From: Eubacteriales bacterium
GTDB lineage: Bacteria; Bacillota; Clostridia; Christensenellales; CALMFG01
Direction: 5' to 3'
Length of the DNA: 35,566 nucleotides
NCBI GenBank assembly: GCA_040883365.1
Contig: JBFLKV010000167.1
Location: forward strand, 1 to 35,566
Shown here: positions 18,401-24,815 of the stretch, one piece after another
Layout: each line of letters begins with the position of its first letter
Numbering within the stretch: the first letter of the stretch is position 1
The notes under the pieces: generated by a model
Seen by the model: the letters and a program-made list of their open reading frames with translations, nothing else
What the model was told of the DNA's origin: nothing
Databases searched by the model: none
Made by a program: the position numbers and the translations under genes

Positions 18401-19235
18401 CATGGCCTTGGTTGTCCTGTCCCGTTCTGTTTTCTCCGGTGAAACAAACACCGCCAACAATGCTGGAATAAAGGTCAGGATGCCTTAGTTGGATACCTGT
18501 GTCCACGATGGCCACCGTAACGCCAGAACCCGACGAGAATCCGCTTAGATTATCCCATGCACTGAATGCATCAACAGCATCCAGATACCACTCATTGGAT
18601 ATCAACGCATCATTCGGTTTAGCTGTGCCCTGTTCTGGCTCGGTCACATAATCTACGTCGTCTACATCAGTTGAAGCAATGGTTGCATCTTCCTCTGATG
18701 ATGCACTCCCTTCTTTTTCACCTTTGTAGTAGCGGGGTGCCTGCTCTTCTAAAAAACCATCAATGTCATAGCTCCCCGTATCGCTAATACTATAGATATA
18801 GTTAGGTTGAGCGGCCACTGTTCCCAGTTCATCCTGCAATGTCTGGTAGTATTCTTTGGTGCTAGAGCCCTCAGGCACTTTTACCAAAACAACACCGTCC
18901 ATCAGTTCATCCACAAGTGATGCGCCGCTGTCTTCGAGCGTGCTTTCAATAGCAAGTCGCTCCTCTTCAGACGCATAAGCCAAGATAATCTGATCGGCCG
19001 TATAGTCCTCCCCTTCAACCATGTTTTCAAAATTCGACTCCACGGTCAACATTTTGTTATACACCTCAGTGGTGTAATCAGTCTCGGGCACATCAACGGT
19101 GTCCGCCACCTGCCTTGTTTTCAAGACAGAAGCCACCGCGTTTTCAGTGCCTCCCCCTACTGCGGTAACTATTACAATGGCTATAATAATTAACGCAGCA
19201 AAAATCGATACTCCAATAAAAACTCTCTTCTTCAT
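12420..19235 (-). CDS. Giant membrane-anchored or secreted S8 subtilisin-family serine protease with PPC x3, LRR region, ten Y_Y_Y-like beta-sandwich modules, low-complexity linker and an unassigned C-terminal module
   Basis: The catalytic triad contexts are VAIVDTG (D258, nt ~18501-18503), GHGTQVAG (H291) and SGTSMSSP (S445, nt 17940-17942), in track numbering. An I9-like propeptide lies upstream. I place the start at the internal ATG 19235 (MKKRVFIGVSIFAALIIIAIVIV...) with a GGATAAGGACGGGG purine-rich Shine-Dalgarno; the track start at 19274 is a TTG. Confidence 0.9.
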   Translation of the reverse strand: MKKRVFIGVSIFAALIIIAIVIVTAVGGGTENAVASVLKTRQVADTVDVPETDYTTEVYNKMLTVESNFENMVEGEDYTADQIILAYASEEERLAIESTLEDSGASLVDELMDGVVLVKVPEGSSTKEYYQTLQDELGTVAAQPNYIYSISDTGSYDIDGFLEEQAPRYYKGEKEGSASSEEDATIASTDVDDVDYVTEPEQGTAKPNDALISNEWYLDAVDAFSAWDNLSGFSSGSGVTVAIVDTGIQLRHPDLYSSIVGGVCFTGENRTGQDNQGHGTQVAGIVAAEANNSKGVAGVAPGAKLLAVKVLDKTGSGTSDNIIKGINYAVVAGADVINMSFSSPTYDALLDTAISNAVNSGVVVVCAAGNDASSDGSWPADCKDAISVSSTGLDGAFSSFSNYGEATDIAAPGESMISTTYSKTYSEASGTSMSSPVVAGVVALMLQADSSLSVSEVKDVLYQSADDLGQAGKDIYYGNGVVNANKAVMLVLDVGEQDNAYAISNAKEVVSAIDYDGDIDWFSYTSGSDSDILMLSEGLDSQSLDINIYSEDMNVAVETTLAQDQEYTFSAAKGETYYISVQGATGEYSLVTYQDVVGDTEANAKSVVAGESTGSYIESPDDMDVYEVQTEANTNISINLNVNGDTKSAQMMVEDTSGNRLYTGSESDAGDTFDILNTEEGSYLVYVSASTSLSPYSLVIEEDTNGDSFASAVSIGVSEKISGTLETSDDIDYFVFVPSQTRSYYFNSTGDTDVAVVLYSDTGTKIDENDDIVNPDNKNLYYYNCGISKYLEAGKTYYFALQSFYGDRGDYSVSMTTYDPNVTCSIPDASLQNFFERYYALTDGSQVQMSVMLMTDYIAVKNMKNTTNVTLAENLETLYVYNSPTITDLSVFGNLQYLEYAIFNNTKVEEFPRLIGWNSVKYFEISDSEVTELPDWSASSNLLKVDVTGNYIDFSDGSASAVNEATMQTAGIEVVRNHQESLGKVTITCSNAKPKAYEDITITAKANSKIIEVGDSAEYKFEARYNNGDWETISDWGEDTITWYADGRGSWRIRVSARVGGNENDEGVKAVKSLSVANPAPIDLGRVKLTGISRSVISAGEAVTLGVDVDLVGIPERYALEYRVLYSTNGGSFTTVTGFGWDDYPEAGLTEIEITPPTPITDARYRYVVELRVKGVTTATLFDRSNIERVTSYAIMPLKSVTLTSVGDTEGVQVLPVEGITLTADSENMPGYKEKAAYQFSYRKQGSKSWVVINEEYTTNHNVQFLPETEGIYYFKVTAMSSGRTTVDTVDYDYRGYTLYKNAESAKAVYNLTSGKKDYVNGQMVTLTMDIATNSDGDAVEYQLWYSTNNKEYVMLEDYQPMSMVLGEDYDAIVKVPVLPIVAKDTIYYIKVMIRTEGRTSAVDASAVTQVEMLTAYPVEDGEIGIVSVGNTNQQQRIGTGITLYATHAKDVEYRFAYQKYGTDKWAYVNAKWSKYRSIVFKPKNDGQYKFRVEARSKTRTTIDTVSEETDYYGLYKSSLGVQKVEASLNADELVNNSAGNDVDLTFSVDGNGIDQYEVQISYSTNGRSYRRLPGYEWDLGGPESVVDAVTSLTLPSVRRDTTYYIRVEARTKGHTLINTYDVCEVDVYMVDPLTSIDSFTSDAVLGKTVLVEKTDGLTLTAVANDDATYKFYYRLEGTKKWRAISARYTNNNQAFFRPRTEGTYEFMVKAASTGRNINRPDVTKELGQAINFYFVAEPALDVTTAILDEDADYIIGTETEMDMGIIASGNDAGMEYRVLYSVNGGKTYRPLNTWQTLTTASNFDGMVTTTLPATRIERTFYMKTQVRTIGRTSVDAQSEPVVVSMLAEEREVTTELVIDEDVYEYTDTIPAHIAISEPASGTVEYRLVYSTNGRNWYGLSAHPWTEYDDSGTGSIDVNLNLVELSGKNNVTIRLKARIEGNTKIEDYSDDSFELYNIAPVQTAELAAVVSDEEYITLTTTTDDGGYNKVKEYRYAYAMAGKRTNTWVYITSWVTADEITFTPSDSGDYKFRVQVRSQGRSGIDAKAFADNAEDGYYLASLEDVALLQIEEEASASPSASPSVSPSASAEASPSAEASADSSASISPSASPSASAADKPDDISSLEYAQLMALGEEAKISDYTETEVLMADVLSIIMVEDAPVVVVQLGEDVYAVITGYALDETNALVGLTLTDQNGETILGGTEDILRAWYYTAIEPEAAASVTPELSTAPEVEAEEEAEATPTPTVTPDAPTPEVTAPAPAASASAKAS
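12888..13028 (-). repeat. Low-complexity Ser/Ala/Pro linker (imperfect tandem GCN-TCN-CCN DNA repeats)
   Basis: It encodes EEEASASPSASPSVSPSASAEASPSAEASADSSASISPSASPSASAA. The DNA shows reiterated gctcgcactcgggct-like units, and its mirror image produces the spurious + ORF 12823..13068. Confidence 0.9.
13050..16292 (-). repeat. Array of ten ~105-aa protein modules of two alternating subfamilies (order A-B-A-B-A-B-A-B-B-A)
   Basis: The A modules read YKFEARYNNGDW..WRIRVSAR, YQFSYRKQGSKSW..YYFKVTAM, EYRFAYQKYGTDKW..YKFRVEAR, YKFYYRLEGTKKW..YEFMVKAA and EYRYAYAMAGKRTNTW..YKFRVQVR. The B modules read LEYRVLYSTNGGSF..YRYVVELRVKG, VEYQLWYSTNNKEY..YYIKVMIRTEG, YEVQISYSTNGRSY..YYIRVEARTKG, MEYRVLYSVNGGKTY..FYMKTQVRTIG and VEYRLVYSTNGRNWY..VTIRLKARIEG. 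The repeats are diverged at protein level, and I did not notice DNA-level identity between modules. Confidence 0.8.
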
Positions 19236-19610
19236 AACCCCGTCCTTATCCTTTGATTTTAGATGATCAACCAATATTCATCAGTTCCCTTTTTAGGTGT
19301 CTTTTTACACCTTTGACTATTTTAACACAGCGTACCAAATTAAAATTGAACATTGCGTTAACAATATCTAAACACTTTTGTATTAAAAGCTAAATATTAT
19401 TGTCGTGTATAAATTGATGCTTTTGCCCATTTTTTTATTATCAGCACCTTAAGTGTACACATATTTCTGTTGGAATAATACGTGTGTTTATACTTTGTTC
19501 ACCGCGATGAGTATAGTCCAGTTTTCTTCGACAAAGCCGGACCTTGCCTATTTATAAGTTTCTTTATGTCGGATCACTTCGGTTTTTAAACAAACAAATA
19601 TAGCCTTCCG

Positions 19611-19650
19611 TCAAATAACAAAAACGCCGCGGTATTCCGAAGCGTTTTTG
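19611..19650 (-). terminator. Strong bidirectional-type terminator ending the eda-containing operon
   Basis: A 9-bp stem CAAAAACGC / GCGTTTTTG (19619-19627 / 19642-19650) is extended by CGG/CCG pairs in the loop. On the minus strand it is followed by UUUUUGUUAUUU. It lies about 210 nt downstream of the eda stop. Confidence 0.75.
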
Positions 19651-19859
19651 CTATGCAACCTTATATATGCGATAAGTCGTTTGCTGCCCTAGGTTAGTAT
19701 TGTCAACATGCCTTCTGTGCGATAGGGCCTTCACATTAATCATCTTACTTGCTGCCGCGTTTAATATAATCCCTTACATTATAAACGCGAACTAAGCAGT
19801 ATCATATCGCCAGCAAAATACATCTGCTCGGCTGTTCTAGGAGGATAACTGATGATTAA

Positions 19860-20501
19860 TTATTGTCTTGCCTTTTTGACTTCCGCTATCATTTGTTTGC
19901 CGATTTCAACAATCGACGCATAATCGCCCGTTTTGGCACCAGCAGTCAAACTGCTCCCCGCGCCGACAGCCACGGCCCCCGCTTTTATCCATTCACCGAT
20001 ATTATCTTTGTTGACTCCGCCTGTCGGCATCATCTTCATGTACGGCAATGGTCCTTTAAACGCCTTAATAACCTTCGGGCCAAACAGCTCTCCCGGGAAA
20101 ATCTTAACGATAGCAGCTCCGGCCTTCATGGCCTCAACGGCTTCTTTAACGGTCATTGCGCCGGGCATACAGGGCACATCATAGGTGTTACAAAGCGTAA
20201 CCGTCTCTACGTCCAGGCATGGGCTAACAATATATTTTGCCCCAGCCAAGATGGCCGCTCTGGCGGTCTCCTTATCCAGCACCGTTCCTGCACCGACAAG
20301 AATCTGTCCTTCATCGTACTCTTTTGAAAGCTCTTCGATGATTTTCAGTGCGCCGGGTACAGTGAATGTAATTTCAATCCCAACAATACCGGCTTGAATA
20401 CATGCCTCGGATATTTTTTTGGCTTGCTCCGCGTTTTCTGCGCGAACCACAGCCACAACACCGCAGTCTGCTATTTTTTTTACTATCTCATCCTTTTTCA
20501 T
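19860..20501 (-). CDS. eda: 2-dehydro-3-deoxy-phosphogluconate / 4-hydroxy-2-oxoglutarate aldolase family
   Basis: 213 aa. The contexts GIEITFTVPGA (Glu) and AIVKIFPGE (Schiff-base Lys) match the Eda/KdgA family. Confidence 0.88.
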   Translation of the reverse strand: MKKDEIVKKIADCGVVAVVRAENAEQAKKISEACIQAGIVGIEITFTVPGALKIIEELSKEYDEGQILVGAGTVLDKETARAAILAGAKYIVSPCLDVETVTLCNTYDVPCMPGAMTVKEAVEAMKAGAAIVKIFPGELFGPKVIKAFKGPLPYMKMMPTGGVNKDNIGEWIKAGAVAVGAGSSLTAGAKTGDYASIVEIGKQMIAEVKKARQ

Positions 20502-20533
20502 CTGTTGTTTTCCTCACAGCTTCAATCTCATGA

Positions 20534-21484
20534 TTAAATCATGTTTTTGCAACTTCCTTTTTCCAATACCTCAATCAGGTTTTGCACAGCCATCATTCCC
20601 ATGGCCGAAACGGCTTCGCTGGTATGTGCGCCGGCATGTGGTGTCATTATCGCCTGTGGTACGCCCATCAATGGCGAATCCGTGACCGGTTCCACATCGA
20701 ATGCGTCAAGCCCAACACCGCCAATTTTCCCTGATTCTATGGCTTTTGCCACTGCCGCCTCATCGATCAATCCCCCGCGCGCAGTATTGATAATAAACGC
20801 ACCGGCTTTCATTTGCTCTATCCGCTCTGCATTGATTAAGTATTTTGTCTCGTCCGTCAGCGGTACATGCAAAGAGATAAAGTCGGCGTCTGCAATAATA
20901 TTGTCTAGGTTTCCCTGTTTGATTTGCTCTTTTTGCGCAAAATCAGCATCAAAATATGGGTCATATGCGATCACATCCATCTCGAACGCTTTGGCGCGGA
21001 CCGCGAGCTTTTTCCCGATGGCACCAAAGCCGATAATACCTAATGTTTTACCTTTGAGTTCTATTCCTTTTTTCCTTGGCCATTCCCCATGTTTCACAGC
21101 GCTGTCCAACTCAGGAATCGATCTTGCCAACGACAACATCATCCCAAATGCCAGTTCACATACTGCCGTTGCGTTAATCCCCGGCGTGTTGGTCACAGAT
21201 ATACCTTTTTTCTTTGCAGCGTCAATATCTACCCGATCCACCCCGGCCCCGTATCTTGAAATGGCTTTTAGCACTGCCGGTGCATGTTTAACGACATCAC
21301 TCGTGATGTAGTCTAGTCCGGCTATATAGCCATCCACACCTTCTAGCAGCGGTAAAATCTCTTCCGGATTCAGCGGTCTTTTTAGAGGATTATAAACAAC
21401 TTCGTCAGCGAATGCCTCAATCAGCTTTCTTGCCGCCGTATTCTCTTTTGATAAAAATGAGGTCGGGGTAATTAATATTTTCAT
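20534..21484 (-). CDS. D-isomer-specific 2-hydroxyacid dehydrogenase (short PGDH-like, no ACT domain)
   Basis: The NAD motif is GIIGFGAIGKKLA, and the catalytic contexts are ARGGLIDE, LDAFDVEP and TPHAGAHT. I place the start at ATG 21484 (MKILITP); the track's 21499 is a GTG that overlaps the upstream stop. Confidence 0.85.
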   Translation of the reverse strand: MKILITPTSFLSKENTAARKLIEAFADEVVYNPLKRPLNPEEILPLLEGVDGYIAGLDYITSDVVKHAPAVLKAISRYGAGVDRVDIDAAKKKGISVTNTPGINATAVCELAFGMMLSLARSIPELDSAVKHGEWPRKKGIELKGKTLGIIGFGAIGKKLAVRAKAFEMDVIAYDPYFDADFAQKEQIKQGNLDNIIADADFISLHVPLTDETKYLINAERIEQMKAGAFIINTARGGLIDEAAVAKAIESGKIGGVGLDAFDVEPVTDSPLMGVPQAIMTPHAGAHTSEAVSAMGMMAVQNLIEVLEKGSCKNMI

Positions 21485-21489
21485 TTTCT

Positions 21490-22083
21490 TTACTTCCACT
21501 TCGGGTTATCGACGATTTCAATCTTTCCGTTCTTTTCAATCACAAGCTTGCGGTAACCTTTTGTCTCAATGGTGCCATAATCATGTCCCGCATCGCCTCT
21601 GAAGGTAAAGAATGTCGCAAAGGGTGTATCGCCTATATTGATGCTTCTGTGCGCATAGCGCGGAGGTACATAAGCCGCAACGCCAGGGGTTAACTCTTGC
21701 ACTTTCCAATCACCTTCCGGGTTTTCAAGCAGCATATAGCCGTGTCCACTGATGCAAAAATAAGTTTCTGCTGTATCCAAAATGGTGTGGAAATGTCCCT
21801 TTGTCATAAAAAATTCATCACCGACTTTGCCCGGATACGTGATGCTCGTACCAAAAGCCAAGTCGCCCGGTTTTTCGGGTGCGCCCAATTCATAAAACTC
21901 ATAGACCATAGGATTGCTCTTTGCAACCATTCGCTCGGTCTCCACATCATCCGCAAACATACCCTGCATCTGTGACAGCATACGCTTTGTGGACACAGCG
22001 GTTTTGGAAAGCCCTGTTTTTAAATCAAAATCCAGTTCAAAACCTTTTGCCCAATCAAAATTATTGGTTTCATTTGTAGCCAT
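21490..22083 (-). CDS. Cupin-type glucose-6-phosphate isomerase family protein
   Basis: The metal-binding cupin motifs are TKGHFHTILDTAETYF and VPPRYAHRSINIG. I place the start at ATG 22083 (MATNETNNF) with an AAGGGAG Shine-Dalgarno; the track start at 22122 overlaps the upstream gene. Confidence 0.75.
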   Translation of the reverse strand: MATNETNNFDWAKGFELDFDLKTGLSKTAVSTKRMLSQMQGMFADDVETERMVAKSNPMVYEFYELGAPEKPGDLAFGTSITYPGKVGDEFFMTKGHFHTILDTAETYFCISGHGYMLLENPEGDWKVQELTPGVAAYVPPRYAHRSINIGDTPFATFFTFRGDAGHDYGTIETKGYRKLVIEKNGKIEIVDNPKWK

Positions 22084-22099
22084 TATATTTCTCCCTTTA

Positions 22100-23044
22100 T
22101 TACTTTCTTGTGTTCTGTGCAATCTTATCTAAGTCGTCAAAAATGGGACCGGCGACGTTAACATCAAAAACCTCTGCAATCACTTCAAGCCACCCGTGAA
22201 TAAAGTAGATCCATCCATCCTCTATCGTCAGATTCTTCGCTTTCTTCTGTGCAATCGCTTGATGCATAAAGCTCAATTCTCCGCGATAATTAATCTCCCA
22301 AACCAGGGAGTTTTCGGGGAATTCACAATCATCGGTAAGCGGTGAACCCGGACGATCCTTCCCTAAACCTGTTGCATTAACAATCAATGAATTCGGCTTG
22401 ATATTCTTAAGAACGGCATCGTTCTGTCCCGGTTCTGGTGTAAGGTGAAATTCAAATTCAACACCCCCGGGTTGCAAATCTTTAAAGATTCTTTCAATCT
22501 CGTCCAATCTTGGCTTCGAACGGTTTGCAATAATAATGCGTCCCGGATAGTTACCCTTAAATTTTTCCTGCATGAGGTAAGAACCCATCGATATCGCGCT
22601 GCCGCCAGCGCCCATGATAAATACATCCGCGCCCGTTTCTTTCCAGTGGTTTTCAGGCACAAATGCTTCCATCGCCATACCACAGGTGATTGGGTCTTTC
22701 GCATGTCCACGAAGCTTTCCATCCCGCTTCGAGATTGAAGACAGTTCGCCAAACTTTGTGGCATAGGGTCCAAAGGATTCAAACATATCCTTGCATGCGT
22801 TATAAAGGTCGATCTTGTGTGTTGTAACAAGTGCGCCCATAGACAGTGGATCATTTTTAATAAAATCGACGACCTCACGATAAACTTCCGGCTTTTCGTG
22901 AATGGCAATGTCAATCCCAACCATCACAGCATCTTTAAGGCCCAGCCGCTGCGCCCATCCCGGAAACACCTTCATGATGGACGATTGTGTTGTCGTAACA
23001 CCGATGAAATACATTGTCGGTCTTGTTGCCTTTTCTAGTTTCAT
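22100..23044 (-). CDS. Shikimate dehydrogenase-like (AroE-family) NAD(P) oxidoreductase
   Basis: 314 aa. The N-terminal substrate domain shows YFIGVTTTQSSI and GALVTTHKIDLY (compare AroE GxNVTxPxK). The Rossmann motif is FIMGAGGSAISMG. An AAGGAG Shine-Dalgarno is present. Confidence 0.7.
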   Translation of the reverse strand: MKLEKATRPTMYFIGVTTTQSSIMKVFPGWAQRLGLKDAVMVGIDIAIHEKPEVYREVVDFIKNDPLSMGALVTTHKIDLYNACKDMFESFGPYATKFGELSSISKRDGKLRGHAKDPITCGMAMEAFVPENHWKETGADVFIMGAGGSAISMGSYLMQEKFKGNYPGRIIIANRSKPRLDEIERIFKDLQPGGVEFEFHLTPEPGQNDAVLKNIKPNSLIVNATGLGKDRPGSPLTDDCEFPENSLVWEINYRGELSFMHQAIAQKKAKNLTIEDGWIYFIHGWLEVIAEVFDVNVAGPIFDDLDKIAQNTRK

Positions 23045-23057
23045 AATTGTCTACTCC

Positions 23058-24014
23058 TTATACTTTTTGTGATAATGCGCATTGCGGATTATCTATGATC
23101 ATTTTGTACAAAATTTCTTTCTTCATGCCCATGCGAAGAAGCCGTTTGCTGAAATCATTCAGAATGAAATCTAAGCCCATGTCCGCACCATAGCTTTTCA
23201 ACCTCTGGTTGGTGGTATCAAGCCCCACCAGCAATTGGCTGTCATAGCCTTCCTCCAACATATACATGATGAGTTTCGCTTCTGTTTCATCATCATGATA
23301 TTTAAGCCGATGGATGGTATCATATTCGAGATATGCTCCCGTCTCGGCCACCGCTCTATGGTAAGCAAAGTCATAATGTGTTCGGTCCAGATGGCAGAGA
23401 ATCAAGCGCTCAGTGCTCACTGCCTGCTTTTCAAAGAACGCCACCACTTCCATCGCGTCGGCACCTTTTTCCATATGGCACATCAACGGTCTGCCGGTTT
23501 CTTTGGCTGCCGTCGCCGCCGCTTTGAATAGCTTTTGGGTTGTTGCATCTGCATATACTCCGTCGGTATCCACCGCGATTTTGATCATCCCGGCTCTATA
23601 TCCTGTTTTTTTAAATCCACTTACCGCAGATGAATACATCCCTTGTTCAATTTCTTCTATAAATAGGCGTGCCAGTTGCTCTTCTGTGTAAGAAAAGACA
23701 ATGCTATCTGTCTCATAAAACATCAGTTTATGAAATCCTGTCGAAGCCACAATATTGACACCCGACTTTTCAGACGCAGTCCCTAAGTACTCCGCCATTC
23801 TGCCGCACGCAACAGGCTGTGCATCCACCAGACTGACTCCGCCGCTTTTCTTATATAGCTTAAGCTCTGCCAATGATTTTTCATAATCATCCATACAAAG
23901 CGCGGGGTTAATCTCCCATGACTTTCCTTTTTCTAAAAAGATATGTTCATGGCATTGGCACCATCCTAGGGTATTTGGTTTAATGTCTTTTAAGACAGTT
24001 CTGATGTTACTCAT
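23058..24014 (-). CDS. Phosphotriesterase-homology protein (PHP, amidohydrolase superfamily); candidate sugar-lactone(-phosphate) hydrolase
   Basis: 318 aa. The binuclear-metal ligand contexts appear intact: CHEHIF (HxH), MIKIAVD (bridging Lys), LMCHMEKG (His), LILCHLD (His) and LVGLDT (Asp). Confidence 0.8.
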   Translation of the reverse strand: MSNIRTVLKDIKPNTLGWCQCHEHIFLEKGKSWEINPALCMDDYEKSLAELKLYKKSGGVSLVDAQPVACGRMAEYLGTASEKSGVNIVASTGFHKLMFYETDSIVFSYTEEQLARLFIEEIEQGMYSSAVSGFKKTGYRAGMIKIAVDTDGVYADATTQKLFKAAATAAKETGRPLMCHMEKGADAMEVVAFFEKQAVSTERLILCHLDRTHYDFAYHRAVAETGAYLEYDTIHRLKYHDDETEAKLIMYMLEEGYDSQLLVGLDTTNQRLKSYGADMGLDFILNDFSKRLLRMGMKKEILYKMIIDNPQCALSQKV

Positions 24015-24075
24015 TTTATATGCCCATCTTTTTTCAATTGTTTTTTAGCTTCGCCGATAGCTCAAGGCAAAAGCC

Positions 24076-24726
24076 TTACAACAAGTCCAGCACCTCAGTG
24101 ATTTGGCTGACTGTAAAATCTGCCTGAATTTCGTTTGGATCCCAGTCCTGCTTGTGTATCCATGAAATATCGTTTAAAACCAGGCATCCATACATGCCAA
24201 TATCTTTGGCCAAGACAATGTCATAAACACTATCTCCGACATACAGCACATCCTGCGGTTTGAGCGAAAACGCATCCAGTATATCCATGCATCGCCGCAC
24301 TTTCCCCAACGAGTGATCGTCTGCTGCCTTCACCATATCGAACATGCCGTCCCATTGTTTAATTTCAATAATCTTATAGACCAGTTCTTTTTTAGAGTTT
24401 GTCAGCAACGCTGTGTATTCCGTTTTCTCCTTTGCGCGCAGCACCGTTTCTTCGGCTCCTGCAATAAACCTTAGTTCTTCAATCAAATCATCAGCTTCAT
24501 ATCGATAGAAATCAGCCAATTTTTTTAGCGCTTCCGCATGCTTTTTTTGGGGCATTGTGCTGCTTAATATGCTTTTTAGCGTATCACCAATCATACCCCC
24601 GACTTTTTCTTGCGAAATTCGCACATCGAACGATCTTAAGAACCTCTGTAAACTTTTAGCGTGAAAGGAGAATGAATCCAGCAGTGTGCCATCCAGGTCA
24701 AACATGACCATCTTAAATTTTGGCAT
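24076..24726 (-). CDS. HAD-superfamily phosphatase (phosphoglycolate-phosphatase-like)
   Basis: Motif I is MFDLDGTLLDS, motif II is LLTNS, and motif IV is VGDSVYD. I place the start at ATG 24726 (MPKFKMVMFDLDG), because the track's upstream extension runs into an intercistronic hairpin. Confidence 0.85.
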   Translation of the reverse strand: MPKFKMVMFDLDGTLLDSFSFHAKSLQRFLRSFDVRISQEKVGGMIGDTLKSILSSTMPQKKHAEALKKLADFYRYEADDLIEELRFIAGAEETVLRAKEKTEYTALLTNSKKELVYKIIEIKQWDGMFDMVKAADDHSLGKVRRCMDILDAFSLKPQDVLYVGDSVYDIVLAKDIGMYGCLVLNDISWIHKQDWDPNEIQADFTVSQITEVLDLL

Positions 24727-24751
24727 AACACTCCCGTGTTTGTATGTTTTG

Positions 24752-24785
24752 TTTGCGAGCGCCACCTTGGTCTGGCGCTCGCAAA
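24752..24785 (-). promoter_or_regulatory. GC-rich 12-bp intercistronic hairpin without U-tract (possible mRNA processing or stability element)
   Basis: TTTGCGAGCGCC - 10 nt loop - GGCGCTCGCAAA, a perfect stem. It lies between the deoC stop (24816) and the HAD start (24726). Confidence 0.5.
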
Positions 24786-24815
24786 TGTGATCAAAACATA
24801 GTTGAAAGACGTTTT

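Noticed and set aside
19236-19274. N-terminal extensions proposed by the ORF track. Examples are the TTG start of the protease at 19274, TTG at 10323 for the DGC, GTG at 21499, and the upstream starts at 22122, 24765 and 25999.
   Set aside because: Each extension lacks a Shine-Dalgarno, overlaps the preceding gene, or runs through an intercistronic hairpin. Internal ATGs with good Shine-Dalgarno sequences give family-typical N-termini.
19275-19610. A possible c-di-GMP (GEMM-I/II) riboswitch in the protease leader, given the nearby DGC.
   Set aside because: Fragments such as GGCAAGGTCCGGC and CGAAG occur, but not in the order or pairing context of either class. A covariance-model scan is needed to be sure.
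20541-21311. A 256-aa plus-strand ORF covering most of the 2-hydroxyacid dehydrogenase gene.
   Set aside because: It is an antisense shadow ORF. Its sequence is low-complexity and Ser/Ala/Pro/Ile-rich, with no Shine-Dalgarno and no recognisable motif. The minus-strand frame has clear NAD-binding and catalytic motifs.
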